Under the pieces are notes generated by a model. That model was not told where the DNA came from, made no database searches, and saw only the letters and a list, made by a program, of their open reading frames with translations. A program made the position numbers and the translations under genes. DNA of 64,000 bases from an uncultured Holophagales bacterium (GTDB taxonomy: Bacteria; Acidobacteriota; Thermoanaerobaculia; Multivoradales; UBA5704): positions 96,001-160,000 of the forward strand of contig CAWJGT010000006.1 of the NCBI GenBank assembly GCA_963842525.1. The letters run 5' to 3'. Position 1 is the first letter of the stretch, and each line of letters starts with the position of its first letter. Below are positions 47,517 through 57,061 of this stretch, in pieces.

Positions 47517-48557
47517 CTACATACCGCCTGTGCCGCGGCTTTGCAAGCCTCGAACCACGTCCTGATAGAGCCGCACGGCCTCGACGAGCTCCCGCTTGGC
47601 GATCCGCTCCTCCGGCGTATGGGCGACGTGGATGGTCCCGGGGCCCAGGAGGAAGGGCTCTCCCCAGTGGCCGAGATGGGGGACGTCGGTCGTGTATTTG
47701 ACCACGGTCGTCGCGAACCCTGGGAGAGAGCCGAGCCGCATGGCCGGCGTCTCCCGGATCTGGGCGATGCGGACCCCGTGCTCCCCCTCGATCGCGGCCC
47801 GCAGGCTTGCGCGCAGCTCTGTCGTCTCGCCGACCGTGCGGACCAGCACCTCGGCCCGCGCCTCGTCGGCCACCACGTTGGCGGCCCGTCCGCCCGCGAT
47901 CGTGCCGACGTTCAATGTCGTCTCGCCGAGCACGGGGTCCGTGGGGAGCGGGACCTCCCTGAGCCGGCCGAGAGCCGCGAGCAGCCGGTCGATCGCCGAC
48001 GCCCCGAGCTCCGGATAGGCCGAATGGGCCGCCTTTCCCTCGGCCTCGACGACGAGGTAGAGGACTCCTTTGGAGCCGAGGGCGAGCCGGTTCTCCGTGG
48101 GCTCGCCGTTGACCAGCCAGCGCGAGCCTCGGGGTCTGCGGTCCGCCACCTGGGCACCGAGGCTGTCGGTCTCCTCGCCGACCACGAGCAGGAGACCGAA
48201 GCCGCGCGCCTGTTCGGCAAGCAGCTCCTCGATCGCCTTGATCATGGCCGCGATCGCCCCTTTGGTGTCGCACGCCCCGCGGCCATGGATGTGCTCTTCG
48301 TCCTCCGACGAGGGGAAAAACGGGGGGACCGTATCGATGTGGGTCGAGAGGACGATCTCCGGCTGGCCCCAGGATGCGAACAAGTTGAACCGGTCTTCCG
48401 CCACCGGCATGCGCTCGACCGTGCCGCCAGTCCGCTCCGCAAGAGCGCTCAGGTGATCGAAGAGGAAGTCGCCGACCGCACGCTCCCGTCCGGTGACCGA
48501 GTCGATGTCGATCAGGGCACGGGTGAGCTGGAAGAGGTCGAGCTGCGAGGGGCTCAC
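47517..48557 (-). CDS. M20 metallohydrolase (ArgE/DapE-like)
   Basis: THIDTVPP, GRGACDTKG, GEE, GEPT, AHSAYPE, AHT; located in the dap operon. Confidence 0.88.
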   Translation of the reverse strand: MSPSQLDLFQLTRALIDIDSVTGRERAVGDFLFDHLSALAERTGGTVERMPVAEDRFNLFASWGQPEIVLSTHIDTVPPFFPSSEDEEHIHGRGACDTKGAIAAMIKAIEELLAEQARGFGLLLVVGEETDSLGAQVADRRPRGSRWLVNGEPTENRLALGSKGVLYLVVEAEGKAAHSAYPELGASAIDRLLAALGRLREVPLPTDPVLGETTLNVGTIAGGRAANVVADEARAEVLVRTVGETTELRASLRAAIEGEHGVRIAQIRETPAMRLGSLPGFATTVVKYTTDVPHLGHWGEPFLLGPGTIHVAHTPEERIAKRELVEAVRLYQDVVRGLQSRGTGGM

Positions 48558-49434
48558 CGCTTCACGTCCACCACCAGCCGTGGCGGGTCGGCGAGCTCGA
48601 GGACCCGGTAGGGCTGGCGGCCGGCGAGGCCGAGGACCCAGGTGACGTCGGCTTCGAAGTCGCAGGTCGCCTGCAGCTCTTTGAGGGCCTTCAGGTCGAC
48701 CTTCCTTTCGAGGGTCCCGACGGTCGTCCCTCCCTGCTCGTTGTGGGCCTGGGCGGGACGGATTTGCACCTCCAGCCAGGCCGTGCCGGCGATGTCCGCA
48801 GGCATGCCGGAGCCGCAGTGGGCGGGATGCTCCGCATAGCCGACCCGGTAGCCCGGCAGGGGCCCCGGCTCGAATTCGAAGACGGCGCGGTCGAAGCCCT
48901 CCTGCGGCCCGGTACGGACGTCCTTGAGGACCGCGATGCCCTGGTCCTTGCCGGGCTTCACGACCTCGTCGGTCCCCCCGGAGAAGTCCTTGGGAGCGGT
49001 GTCTCCCGGCTCTTTGAGCGGAGCCGCGGGCACCGCGGCTCGGCCGAGCCTTGAGACCAGCACGATCTCCGCCGCGGTCGCCTGCACGGGGTAGGATTCG
49101 CGCACCGGCCCCTCGAAACGGGCCTCCACCCGGTCCCCGAGAGCCAATCCTGGAAGGTCAGCTCCCCGGCTCCCTCCTGGCGGATGCGGGTTTCGGGCGT
49201 CACGGTGACGACTGCCTTGTCGAAGCGGGTGTCCGCCTGCCGGCCCCCTTCGATGCGGATGGTCCCGAGGCCCCCTCCCGCCTCTCCCGCGGGGGTGATC
49301 GCGGTAATGGCGCCCCGGATGTCCGGTCCAGCCGGCGGCGCTTCGGTCTCGGAGGACCCGCAGCCGGCGAGCAGCACGCCGGAGAGGCTCAGGGCGAGGA
49401 GGGCTCGGCACATGCCGGCAATATACATCCTCAT
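48554..49434 (-). CDS. Lipoprotein: OB-fold (DUF3221-like) plus AMIN-like domain, frameshift near 49147
   Basis: Lipobox LAGC; GPVRESYPVQATA; DVRTG..EGFDRAVFEF...PPRLVVDV. Confidence 0.65.
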
Positions 49435-49451
49435 CGGATAAGATCGTGCCC

Positions 49452-50237
49452 ATGATCCAGATCGATTTGCAGGGCAAGCGCGGGCTCGTGATGGGCGTGG
49501 CCAACTCCCGCAGCTTGGGATGGGCGATCGCCGAGAGGCTCCAGGCCGCCGGCGCGGAGCTGGCGTTCAGCTACCAGGGGGAGCGCCTCAAGGAGGACCT
49601 CGAGAAGCTCACCCGGGACATGCCGGGCACGCGGCTCTACCAGTGCGACGTGACACGGGAAGAAGAGCTGCAGGCCATGTTCGCCGACCTCCAGGCAGGC
49701 TGGGGCGGCCTCGACTACGTCGTCCATTCGATCGGCTTCGCTCCCCGCGCCGCCATGGACGGCCGCTACATCGAGACGACGCGCCAGGACTGGATCACGG
49801 CCCTGGAGATCTCGGCCTACTCGCTGGTCGCCGTGGCCCGCGCCGCCGAGCCTCTCCTGCGCGAGGGAGGCGGCCTCATCACCTTGACCTACTATGCGGC
49901 CGAGAAGGTGGTGCCCAAGTACAACGTCATGGGCGTCGCCAAGAGCGCGCTGGAGGCGAGCGTCCGCTATCTGGCCTACGAGCTGGGCAAGAAAGGCGTG
50001 CGCGTCAACGCCGTGTCGGCCGGCCCGGTACGCACGGTCGCGGCGCGCAGCATCCCGGGGTTCATCAAGATGTACAACCGGGTCGGCGAGATGTCGCCGC
50101 TGGGCCGCAACGTGACCCACGAAGAGGTGGGAAACCTCGGCGTGTTCCTGCTGTCGCCGCTGGCCGCGGGGATCACCGGCGAGACCGTCTACGTCGACGC
50201 CGGCTATCACATCATGGGCATGGAGCTGGGAGAGTAG
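49452..50237 (+). CDS. fabI: Enoyl-ACP reductase
   Basis: MGVANSRSLGW, VHSIGFAP, YNVMGVAKSALE, VNAVSAGPVRT. Confidence 0.95.
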   Translation: MIQIDLQGKRGLVMGVANSRSLGWAIAERLQAAGAELAFSYQGERLKEDLEKLTRDMPGTRLYQCDVTREEELQAMFADLQAGWGGLDYVVHSIGFAPRAAMDGRYIETTRQDWITALEISAYSLVAVARAAEPLLREGGGLITLTYYAAEKVVPKYNVMGVAKSALEASVRYLAYELGKKGVRVNAVSAGPVRTVAARSIPGFIKMYNRVGEMSPLGRNVTHEEVGNLGVFLLSPLAAGITGETVYVDAGYHIMGMELGE

Positions 50238-50281
50238 AGCCCACCGGCTCCGGCTCGCCTCCGGCTTGAGCTCTGCACACG

Positions 50282-50599
50282 TCACTGCGCAGGGTCGGTG
50301 CCCTCCGGATTTGTCATCAGGCTATTCGGCGGTAGATCCGGGTTGGGGAGGCAGAGGAGGGGAGCACCGTTCGGATCGATACCGCAGCCCGCCGCCTGCC
50401 AGGAGTGGTCGATCTTGGGCTCGCCGGTGGAGGCCAGCGACCAGGCGCGGACCAGCCAGTCGATCACGAGATCGAGGGGCCCTACCGAGCTCGAAGACCT
50501 CCAGGAGGCGTGGCCGGAGGCGAAGGACAGAGAGGGGAGCAGCAGCAGGGAGAGCGCCAGGATCGCGGCCATGGCGCAACGACGACGTCGGTGATTCAT
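50282..50599 (-). CDS. Small secreted peptide or precursor (105 aa) with GxGIDPxG motif
   Basis: RBS GGAAGGAG; signal peptide MNHRRRRCAMAAILALSLLLLPSLSFA; WQAAGCGIDPNG. Confidence 0.65.
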   Translation of the reverse strand: MNHRRRRCAMAAILALSLLLLPSLSFASGHASWRSSSSVGPLDLVIDWLVRAWSLASTGEPKIDHSWQAAGCGIDPNGAPLLCLPNPDLPPNSLMTNPEGTDPAQ

Positions 50600-50729
50600 G
50601 GATTTTTGTCTCCTTCCAGCAATGGAATTCATGACACGAAAAACCGGCGCGCGGCCGGAGATACGCCTCTTTCTCATCCAATAAGTGCCGCGAGGACCGA
50701 AAAGAGAGCCGATCGATATACTCCCGCGG

Positions 50730-51785
50730 ATGCAGACGACTGTGCAGGCCCTGATCCTGGCGGGCGGCAGCGGAACGCGGTTCTGGCCATTGTCCCGCAA
50801 GCACCGCCCCAAACAGCTCCTCGCCCTGGAAGGGGATCGTACGCTCCTTCGCGATACGCTGGAACGCCTCCAGCCGCTCATCCCCCCGGATTCGGTGTGG
50901 ATCTGCACGACGCGCTCCCTGGCCGAGGAGGTCCGCCGCGAGGTGCCGGAGGTGCCGGCAGCCCAGATCCTGCTCGAGCCGCAGGGCAGGAACACCGCCC
51001 CGGCGATCGGCTGGTCGATCCGCTCGATGCCCGAGGAGGCGCGGCGCGGCGTGGTGGCCGTGCTCCCCGCCGACCACCGGTTCGGCGATCCGGCCGGCTT
51101 TCGCGATGTCCTGGCCAAGGCTGCCGGCGTGGTCGAACGGGAGGACCTCGTGATGGCTCTGGGCGTCACGCCGCGCCGCCCCGAGACCGGCTACGGCTAC
51201 CTGGAGCTGGAACCCGAGACCCGGCCGGACGGCCTGCGCCGGGTCCGCCGCTTCGTGGAGAAGCCCACCGCGGAGAAGGCCGAAGAATACCTCCGCTCCG
51301 GAAGGTATCTGTGGAACGCCGGCATCTTTCTTTTCCGCGGGACGACCCTGCTCGATCTCCTCGCACGGTTCGCGCCCGAGCTCGCCCGCGGTCTCGAGGA
51401 GATCGCCGCCGATCCGGGCCGCCTCGACGAGCTCTACGCCCGCCTGCCGTCCGACTCGATCGACTACGCCGTCATGGAGAAGCTGGACGGTATTTTCACT
51501 ATATCGCTCGACTGCGGCTGGAGCGACCTCGGCTCCTGGGAGGCTCTGGACGAGGTGCTGCCGCCTGACGACCAGGGCAACGCCGGGCGCGGTGACCGGC
51601 TGGCCATCGAGGCGGAGGGGAACCTGCTGTTCTCCGACGCCGGGACGATCGCCGTGCTGGGCGTGCGTGACCTCGTCGTCGTGCGCACCGGCGACGCGGT
51701 GCTGGTGATCCCCAAGGAGCGCTCCCAGGAGGTGCGGAAGATCGTCGCCGAGCTCGCCGCCCGCGGGCGCGAGGACCTGCTTTGA
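50730..51785 (+). CDS. manC: Mannose-1-phosphate guanylyltransferase
   Basis: ILAGGSGTRFWPLSR, EPQGRNTAPA, ETGYGY, FVEKP, SIDYAVME, WSDLGSW. Confidence 0.93.
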   Translation: MQTTVQALILAGGSGTRFWPLSRKHRPKQLLALEGDRTLLRDTLERLQPLIPPDSVWICTTRSLAEEVRREVPEVPAAQILLEPQGRNTAPAIGWSIRSMPEEARRGVVAVLPADHRFGDPAGFRDVLAKAAGVVEREDLVMALGVTPRRPETGYGYLELEPETRPDGLRRVRRFVEKPTAEKAEEYLRSGRYLWNAGIFLFRGTTLLDLLARFAPELARGLEEIAADPGRLDELYARLPSDSIDYAVMEKLDGIFTISLDCGWSDLGSWEALDEVLPPDDQGNAGRGDRLAIEAEGNLLFSDAGTIAVLGVRDLVVVRTGDAVLVIPKERSQEVRKIVAELAARGREDLL

Positions 51786-52501
51786 TCCAGCCGGTCCGGG
51801 TGGCCACCGCCGCCGGCGAGCGGGGCCTCGCCGGGCTCGCCGCCCCCCTCCCGCTCAGCGCGCTGGTGCCGGGGAACGGGGCCTGGGAGGTGGAGGTGGG
51901 CTACGGCAAGGGGCGTTATCTCCTCCGCCGCTGCCAGGACGACCCGGACCGGCGCTTCCTCGGCGTCGAGCTCGCCGCCGAGTACTACCAGACCTTCGTC
52001 GACCGCGCCCGGCGGCACGCCCCCGGCAACTGGACGGCCCTGCGCGGCGAGGCCCTCTCGCTGCTCTCCGCGGTGCTGCCCGTCCGCTTCGCGGACGCGG
52101 TGCACGTCTACTTCCCCGATCCCTGGCCCAAGAGCCGCCATCACAGGCGCCGGCTCTTCGACCCAGAGACAGTCGACCTCGTGCTGGGGCTGCTGCGCCC
52201 CGGCGGCCGTCTCTTCTTCGCCACCGACTTCCTGGCCTATGGCGAGGTGGTCGCGGAGATCCTGGAGACCTACCCGGGCCTGCGCGTCGCGCGGCGTGAC
52301 CGGCCCTGGGACGAGGGGCCACGCACCAACTACGAGGCGAAGTACCTCGAGGAGGGGCGGCCGATCCTCCGCCTCGAAGCGACGCTCGGCGAGCCCGGCG
52401 AGATCGGCGAAATTGGCTCCGGCGCCGAGCTCCATCCGCGCGGCGCCCGCGGCGTGCTGGCCGCGTGGCAAGGCGAGGAGGAGAGCGCCGCCGATGGATG
52501 A
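51782..52501 (+). CDS. trmB: tRNA (guanine-N7)-methyltransferase-like protein
   Basis: EVGYGKG, LGVE, YFPDPWPKSRHHRRR, ATD, TNYEAKY. Confidence 0.8.
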   Translation: MIQPVRVATAAGERGLAGLAAPLPLSALVPGNGAWEVEVGYGKGRYLLRRCQDDPDRRFLGVELAAEYYQTFVDRARRHAPGNWTALRGEALSLLSAVLPVRFADAVHVYFPDPWPKSRHHRRRLFDPETVDLVLGLLRPGGRLFFATDFLAYGEVVAEILETYPGLRVARRDRPWDEGPRTNYEAKYLEEGRPILRLEATLGEPGEIGEIGSGAELHPRGARGVLAAWQGEEESAADG

Positions 52502-52691
52502 GAAGGAGCCTCGCCGGATGAGCTGGAGCGCCCGCCTGTCCCTGCTCGTCTGCCTCCTGCTTGGCCCCGCTTACGTCGCCTGGATGGCGGGCGTCGAGGG
52601 ATGGCGCGCCCTGGTCGTGGCCGGCCTGGTCCTGCTGGTCGCCGGCTGTGCCGCGCTCGCCCACTGGCTCATGGGGCTGACGCGGCGGTAG
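52494..52691 (+). CDS. Small two-TM hypothetical protein
   Basis: ATG overlaps the trmB end; two hydrophobic segments. Confidence 0.5.
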   Translation: MDEKEPRRMSWSARLSLLVCLLLGPAYVAWMAGVEGWRALVVAGLVLLVAGCAALAHWLMGLTRR

Positions 52692-52718
52692 GCTCCCCTG
52701 TCCCCACGGGCGGGTGCC

Positions 52719-52968
52719 TCATTTCAGCTCCACGACCTCGTTCTCCCCGCCGTCCGTCAGGAAGTACTTGAGCCGCTCGTACACGAGCCGCTGAAAGAAG
52801 AAATTCTCCGTCAGGATCAGCACGCTGCTGTCGCCGTTGACTGTGCCGACGACGTCCTCCCACACGGATTCGGCGATGGCCTGGGAGACCACCCGCCCGG
52901 CGCCCGGATCGGTGACGACGAGCGTCTGGTACGGCCCGGCCGTCTTCACTTCGCGGACGAAGGGAAGC
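52719..52968 (-). pseudogene. Arginine repressor (ArgR)-like C-terminal fragment
   Basis: TLVVTDPGAGRVVSQAI...VVGTVNGDSSVLI resembles the ArgR oligomerisation domain; no DNA-binding N-terminus is visible. Confidence 0.6.
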
Positions 52969-53108
52969 GATGAGCTTATCTCGTGAGCTGATGAGCTTAT
53001 CTTTGAGGCGATGAGCTTATCTGGTGAGCCGATGAGGAAATGCCTGCGCCCCTTCAGGGCTCCAGGAAATGGGGGGGCGCGCCAACCTGGCGCTGAAGCG
53101 CCAGGCTT

Positions 53109-54949
53109 GTGCGCCCGTGAGCGCACACGTTCAGAGAGGTGAAAGTCCTCTTCAGGCATACGCTCTCCGGCCTGTAACCGAAGGTAACTGCGTCGCCCAA
53201 AGCGAGGTGGAGAGCAACCGGAGGTGAGAGACCAGTCCGCAGGAGACGAAATCGATTCGGCCTTGTGACCCCGACGAGCCTGCAAGCCACTGGCGAAGTC
53301 TGGACCCTCAAGGGAGACCCATCGAGCTGAGGGGTAGCGTGCGAAAGCGGCGATGGGGGGGCGTAGGGTGATTGGATGCAGAATGGTCTCAAAGGACGTG
53401 TGACGTGAAGCGGGGAGACCTCGGTCGGGCAGGAGACTTGCCGAGGAGTCAGAGTCCTCATAGGAGCTGAGAAGCGCCGTAACGGGCGTGGAGCAAAGGG
53501 GGACAGGGAGGTGGATGCGTGACGACTGGACAAGCGGAAAGCAACCGCGCGTCAGTGCCTGTAAGGGCTAAACAAGCCGGAGAAGTCCGGGGCCGGTGGC
53601 CCTGGGTGGAACCGCATGTCTGGACGGATCGCATGTTGACGGCCCTCGAAGCTGGGGTCCAAGGAGGCCAATGGTTCAGTCTGATCGACAAGGTCTATGA
53701 CTCGCGCAACCTGGACTCTTCCTACCAGCGGGTCAGGCGGAACCAGGGAAGCGCTGGGGTTGACCACGTGACGGTCGCGCAGTTCAGCGCCCACCTCGGC
53801 AAGAACCTGGAGAACCTGGCGGCTAGTCTGAAAGACGGCAGTTATCGTCCGCAGGCGATTCGCCGGGTGTGGATACCCAAGCCGGGTAGCTCCGAGGAGC
53901 GCCCTCTGGGGATTCCGACGGTTCAAGACCGGGTGGTGCAAGGAGCGCTGCGCAATGTCTTGGAACCGATCTTCGAACGGGAGTTTGCAGCCCAGAGCTA
54001 CGGATTCCGTCCGGGGAGAAGTACCAAGGCTGCGCTGCGTCGCGTCTCGGAGCTGCTGGAGGCCGGCTATACCCATGTGGTGGACGCCGACCTGCGCAGC
54101 TATTACGACACGATCCCTCGCCAGGGTTTGATGGCGAGAATCGAAGCGAAGGTATCGGACGGCCGGGTCTTGGACCTGGTGCGTGCCTTTCTCGACCAGG
54201 AAGTGATGGTGGGTCTGGAGCACTGGACTCCTGAGGAGGGAACTCCACAAGGAGCGGTGATCAGTCCCCTGCTGTCGAATATCTACCTGGACCCTCTCGA
54301 CCATCAAATGGCCGAACAAGGTTATGAGATGGTGCGGTACGCTGATGACTTCGTGATTTTGTGCCGTAGCCGAGAAGAGGCCGAGCGAGCGTTGGCGGAG
54401 GTGGAGGAGTGGACGGCAGCCGCCGGTCTGCAACTTCATCCCGACAAGACGCGCATCGTGGACGCCACCCAGCCGGGTGGCTTCGACTTCCTTGGGTACC
54501 ACTTCGAGCGCGGCTATCGCTGGCCGAGCAAGAAGAGCCTGAAGAAGCACAAGGACACGATCCGTTCCCACACCAAGCGCACGCACGGCATCAGCCTGCG
54601 AGAGATCATCCGCCGAGTCAACGCAGTCCGTCGGGGCTGGTTTGAGTACTTCAAACACAGTCACGGCACCACGTTCAAGCCTCTCGACCAGTGGGTGCGG
54701 ATGCGCCTGAGGAGCATCCTTCGCCACCGGCAAGGGAGACGAGGACGTGGCCGGGGTCAGGACCATCATCGCTGGCCGAACGCCTTCTTTGCTGAGCATG
54801 GGTTGTTCTCCTACGTCACAGCCTATGCTCAGGCCCGTCAATCCTCTAGCAGGTAAAACCACCAACTGGAGAGCCGGATGCGGGAGATCCGCATGTCCGG
54901 TTCGGAGGGAGGGGGAGCCGGGAACTCAACCGGCCCTCCCTACCCCTAT
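53109..54949 (+). mobile_element. Group II intron, class IIC-like
   Basis: 5' end GTGCGCCCG; domain V GAGCCGGATGCGGGAGATCCGCATGTCCGGTTC; 3' end ..CCCTACCCCTAT; inserted just after a hairpin. Confidence 0.9.
53519..54856 (+). CDS. ltrA: Group II intron reverse transcriptase/maturase, no endonuclease domain
   Basis: RPLGIPTVQDRVVQ, SYGFRPG, GTPQGAVISPLLSNIYL, RYADD, FDFLGY, maturase RGWFEYF. Confidence 0.96.
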   Translation: MTTGQAESNRASVPVRAKQAGEVRGRWPWVEPHVWTDRMLTALEAGVQGGQWFSLIDKVYDSRNLDSSYQRVRRNQGSAGVDHVTVAQFSAHLGKNLENLAASLKDGSYRPQAIRRVWIPKPGSSEERPLGIPTVQDRVVQGALRNVLEPIFEREFAAQSYGFRPGRSTKAALRRVSELLEAGYTHVVDADLRSYYDTIPRQGLMARIEAKVSDGRVLDLVRAFLDQEVMVGLEHWTPEEGTPQGAVISPLLSNIYLDPLDHQMAEQGYEMVRYADDFVILCRSREEAERALAEVEEWTAAAGLQLHPDKTRIVDATQPGGFDFLGYHFERGYRWPSKKSLKKHKDTIRSHTKRTHGISLREIIRRVNAVRRGWFEYFKHSHGTTFKPLDQWVRMRLRSILRHRQGRRGRGRGQDHHRWPNAFFAEHGLFSYVTAYAQARQSSSR

Positions 54950-55159
54950 TATGCCCAGGCCCCTTCGGGGCGGCGGTTTCCTCCAACCGAAGTCGAGCGA
55001 ATCTTGACAAAGTAGTTTCCCACCGCCGTGTGGCGGCCCCGTAGGATGAAACGGGTGCCCCTCTCGAGCGCTGGGAGCGCCGGCTTCCAGCCGGCCTCTT
55101 GGCCACCAGGATGGCGGCGCTCTCCCAGCAAATCCTCGAGAGAGGGCGTCTGGAAAATC

Positions 55160-55250
55160 AGCCCCGCCAGGGGCGACCGGGATTAGCCCGGGATTTCAAT
55201 CCCGGGAACCCAAGCGCATTCAACCCCCGAGCCCCGCCAGGGGCGACAGG
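55160..55250. repeat. REP-like cluster
   Basis: gccccgccaggggcgac occurs twice around the hairpin cccgggatttcaatcccggg. Confidence 0.65.
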
Positions 55251-55296
55251 AGTCCGACCCGCGCGCCGCGGGATGGGGCGATGGTATCCTCGCGCC

Positions 55297-57051
55297 GTGC
55301 TGAAGCGTCTCGCCTACCTCTGGCCGTACCTGCGGCAACACCGGCGCAAGCTCTATTTCGGGCTGCTGTCGATCCTCGCCTCGGTGATCATGGGGATGAT
55401 TACGCCCCTGCTCATCGGCAGCGCGATCGATGCGCTGCGCACCGAGGTGAGCCGCGGGACGCTGCTCGGCTATGCGGCCCTCCTCCTCGGCATCACCTTC
55501 GTCCAGGGGGTGTTCAGCTATCTCCAACGCATGATCCTGGTAGGGATGAGCCGGGACATCGAATACGACCTGCGCAATCTCTACTTCTCCCACCTGGAGA
55601 CGCAGCCGCCCGCCTTCTACCACGACCATCCCACGGGCGACCTGATGGCCCGCGCCACCAACGACCTGCAGGCCGTGCGGATGCTCTGCGGCCCGGCCAT
55701 CATGTATGGCAGCAACACGTTGTTCACCGGCGCCGGGGCGCTCTTCTTCATGGCACGGATCGACCTCCGGCTGACGCTGCTGGCGCTGATCCCGATGCCC
55801 GTGCTGGCGGTCGCCACCAACTTCTTCGGGCAGAAGATCCACCATCTCTTCTCCCAGGTCCAGGGGAGCTTCGCAGACATCACGGCCCGGGTGCAGGAGA
55901 GCCTCGCCGGTGTGCGGGTGGTGCGGGCCTACGCCCAGGAGGAGAGGGAGAAGGAGGAATTCCAGCACCTGAACGAGAAGTACCTCGAGGAGAACCGGGG
56001 CCTCATCGCCTGGACGGTGGCCTTCCATCCGCTGCTCCAGACCCTGGTCGGCCTCGGCTTCGTCGCCGTGCTCTGGTACGGCGGCGTGCTGGCCGTCCGC
56101 GGAGCGATCACCGTGGGCCAGTTCGTCACCTTCAACCTGTTCCTCGGCCGGCTGGTGTGGCCGATGATCGCGGTCGGCTGGGTGGTCAACCTGATGCAGC
56201 GCGGCACCGCCTCGCTGATCCGCATCCGGGAGGTCCTGGACGCGGTGCCGGCGATCCGCGACGAGGAGCCGCTGGTCGATCCCGGACCGGACCCCGCGGC
56301 CCTGCGCGGTGACGTGCGCGCCGCCGGCCTCACCGTCTCCTACCGGCCGGGCCAGCCGGTGCTGGAGGACGTCGACTTCCAGGTGTCCGCCGGCCAGACC
56401 GTGGCCATCGTCGGCCGCACCGGCTCGGGCAAGAGCACCCTGCTCGCCCTGCTCCCCCGGCTGATCGATCCGCCCGAGCAGACGCTGTGGATCGACGGCA
56501 TCGACGTCCGGCGCCTGCCCCTCGCGCGGCTGCGCGGCGCGATCGGCATGGTGCCGCAGGAGACGTTCCTCTTTTCGACCTCGATCCACGGCAACATCGC
56601 GCTCGGCAGGCCGGAGGCCACGCGCGAGCAGGTGACGGAGGCGGCCCGCCTGGCCGGGCTGGAGCCGGACCTGGCTCTCTTCCCAGAGGGATTGGACACG
56701 ATCGTGGGCGAGCGTGGCATCACCCTCTCGGGCGGCCAGAAGCAACGCGTCGCGCTCGCCCGCGCCCTGCTGCGCGATCCGCGCGTCCTGCTGCTCGACG
56801 ACTGCCTGTCGGCGGTCGACACCCATACCGAGGAGCAGATCCTGCAGAACCTGCGCACCGTGTTCGAGGGCCGGACGGTGTTCCTGGTCTCGCACCGGAT
56901 CTCGACGGTGCAGGACGCCGACCAGATCCTCGTGCTCGACGGCGGCAGGATCGCCGAGCGCGGCACCCACAGCCATCTCATCGCCGCCGGCGGCCTCTAC
57001 GCCGACCTCCACCAGCGCCAGCTCCTGGAGGAGGAATTGGCGGCGGTTTAG
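55297..57051 (+). CDS. ABC exporter, fused permease/ATPase (MsbA/MdlA-like)
   Basis: TM domain, GRTGSGKST, LSGGQKQR, LLLDDCLSAVD. Confidence 0.95.
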   Translation: MLKRLAYLWPYLRQHRRKLYFGLLSILASVIMGMITPLLIGSAIDALRTEVSRGTLLGYAALLLGITFVQGVFSYLQRMILVGMSRDIEYDLRNLYFSHLETQPPAFYHDHPTGDLMARATNDLQAVRMLCGPAIMYGSNTLFTGAGALFFMARIDLRLTLLALIPMPVLAVATNFFGQKIHHLFSQVQGSFADITARVQESLAGVRVVRAYAQEEREKEEFQHLNEKYLEENRGLIAWTVAFHPLLQTLVGLGFVAVLWYGGVLAVRGAITVGQFVTFNLFLGRLVWPMIAVGWVVNLMQRGTASLIRIREVLDAVPAIRDEEPLVDPGPDPAALRGDVRAAGLTVSYRPGQPVLEDVDFQVSAGQTVAIVGRTGSGKSTLLALLPRLIDPPEQTLWIDGIDVRRLPLARLRGAIGMVPQETFLFSTSIHGNIALGRPEATREQVTEAARLAGLEPDLALFPEGLDTIVGERGITLSGGQKQRVALARALLRDPRVLLLDDCLSAVDTHTEEQILQNLRTVFEGRTVFLVSHRISTVQDADQILVLDGGRIAERGTHSHLIAAGGLYADLHQRQLLEEELAAV

Positions 57052-57061
57052 GAAAAAGGAT

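Noticed and set aside
53519-54856. Retron, DGR or defence-associated reverse transcriptase
   Set aside because: Intron 5' and 3' ends, domain V and a maturase domain are present. The dapD repeat does not show adenine-restricted variation and is 11 kb away.
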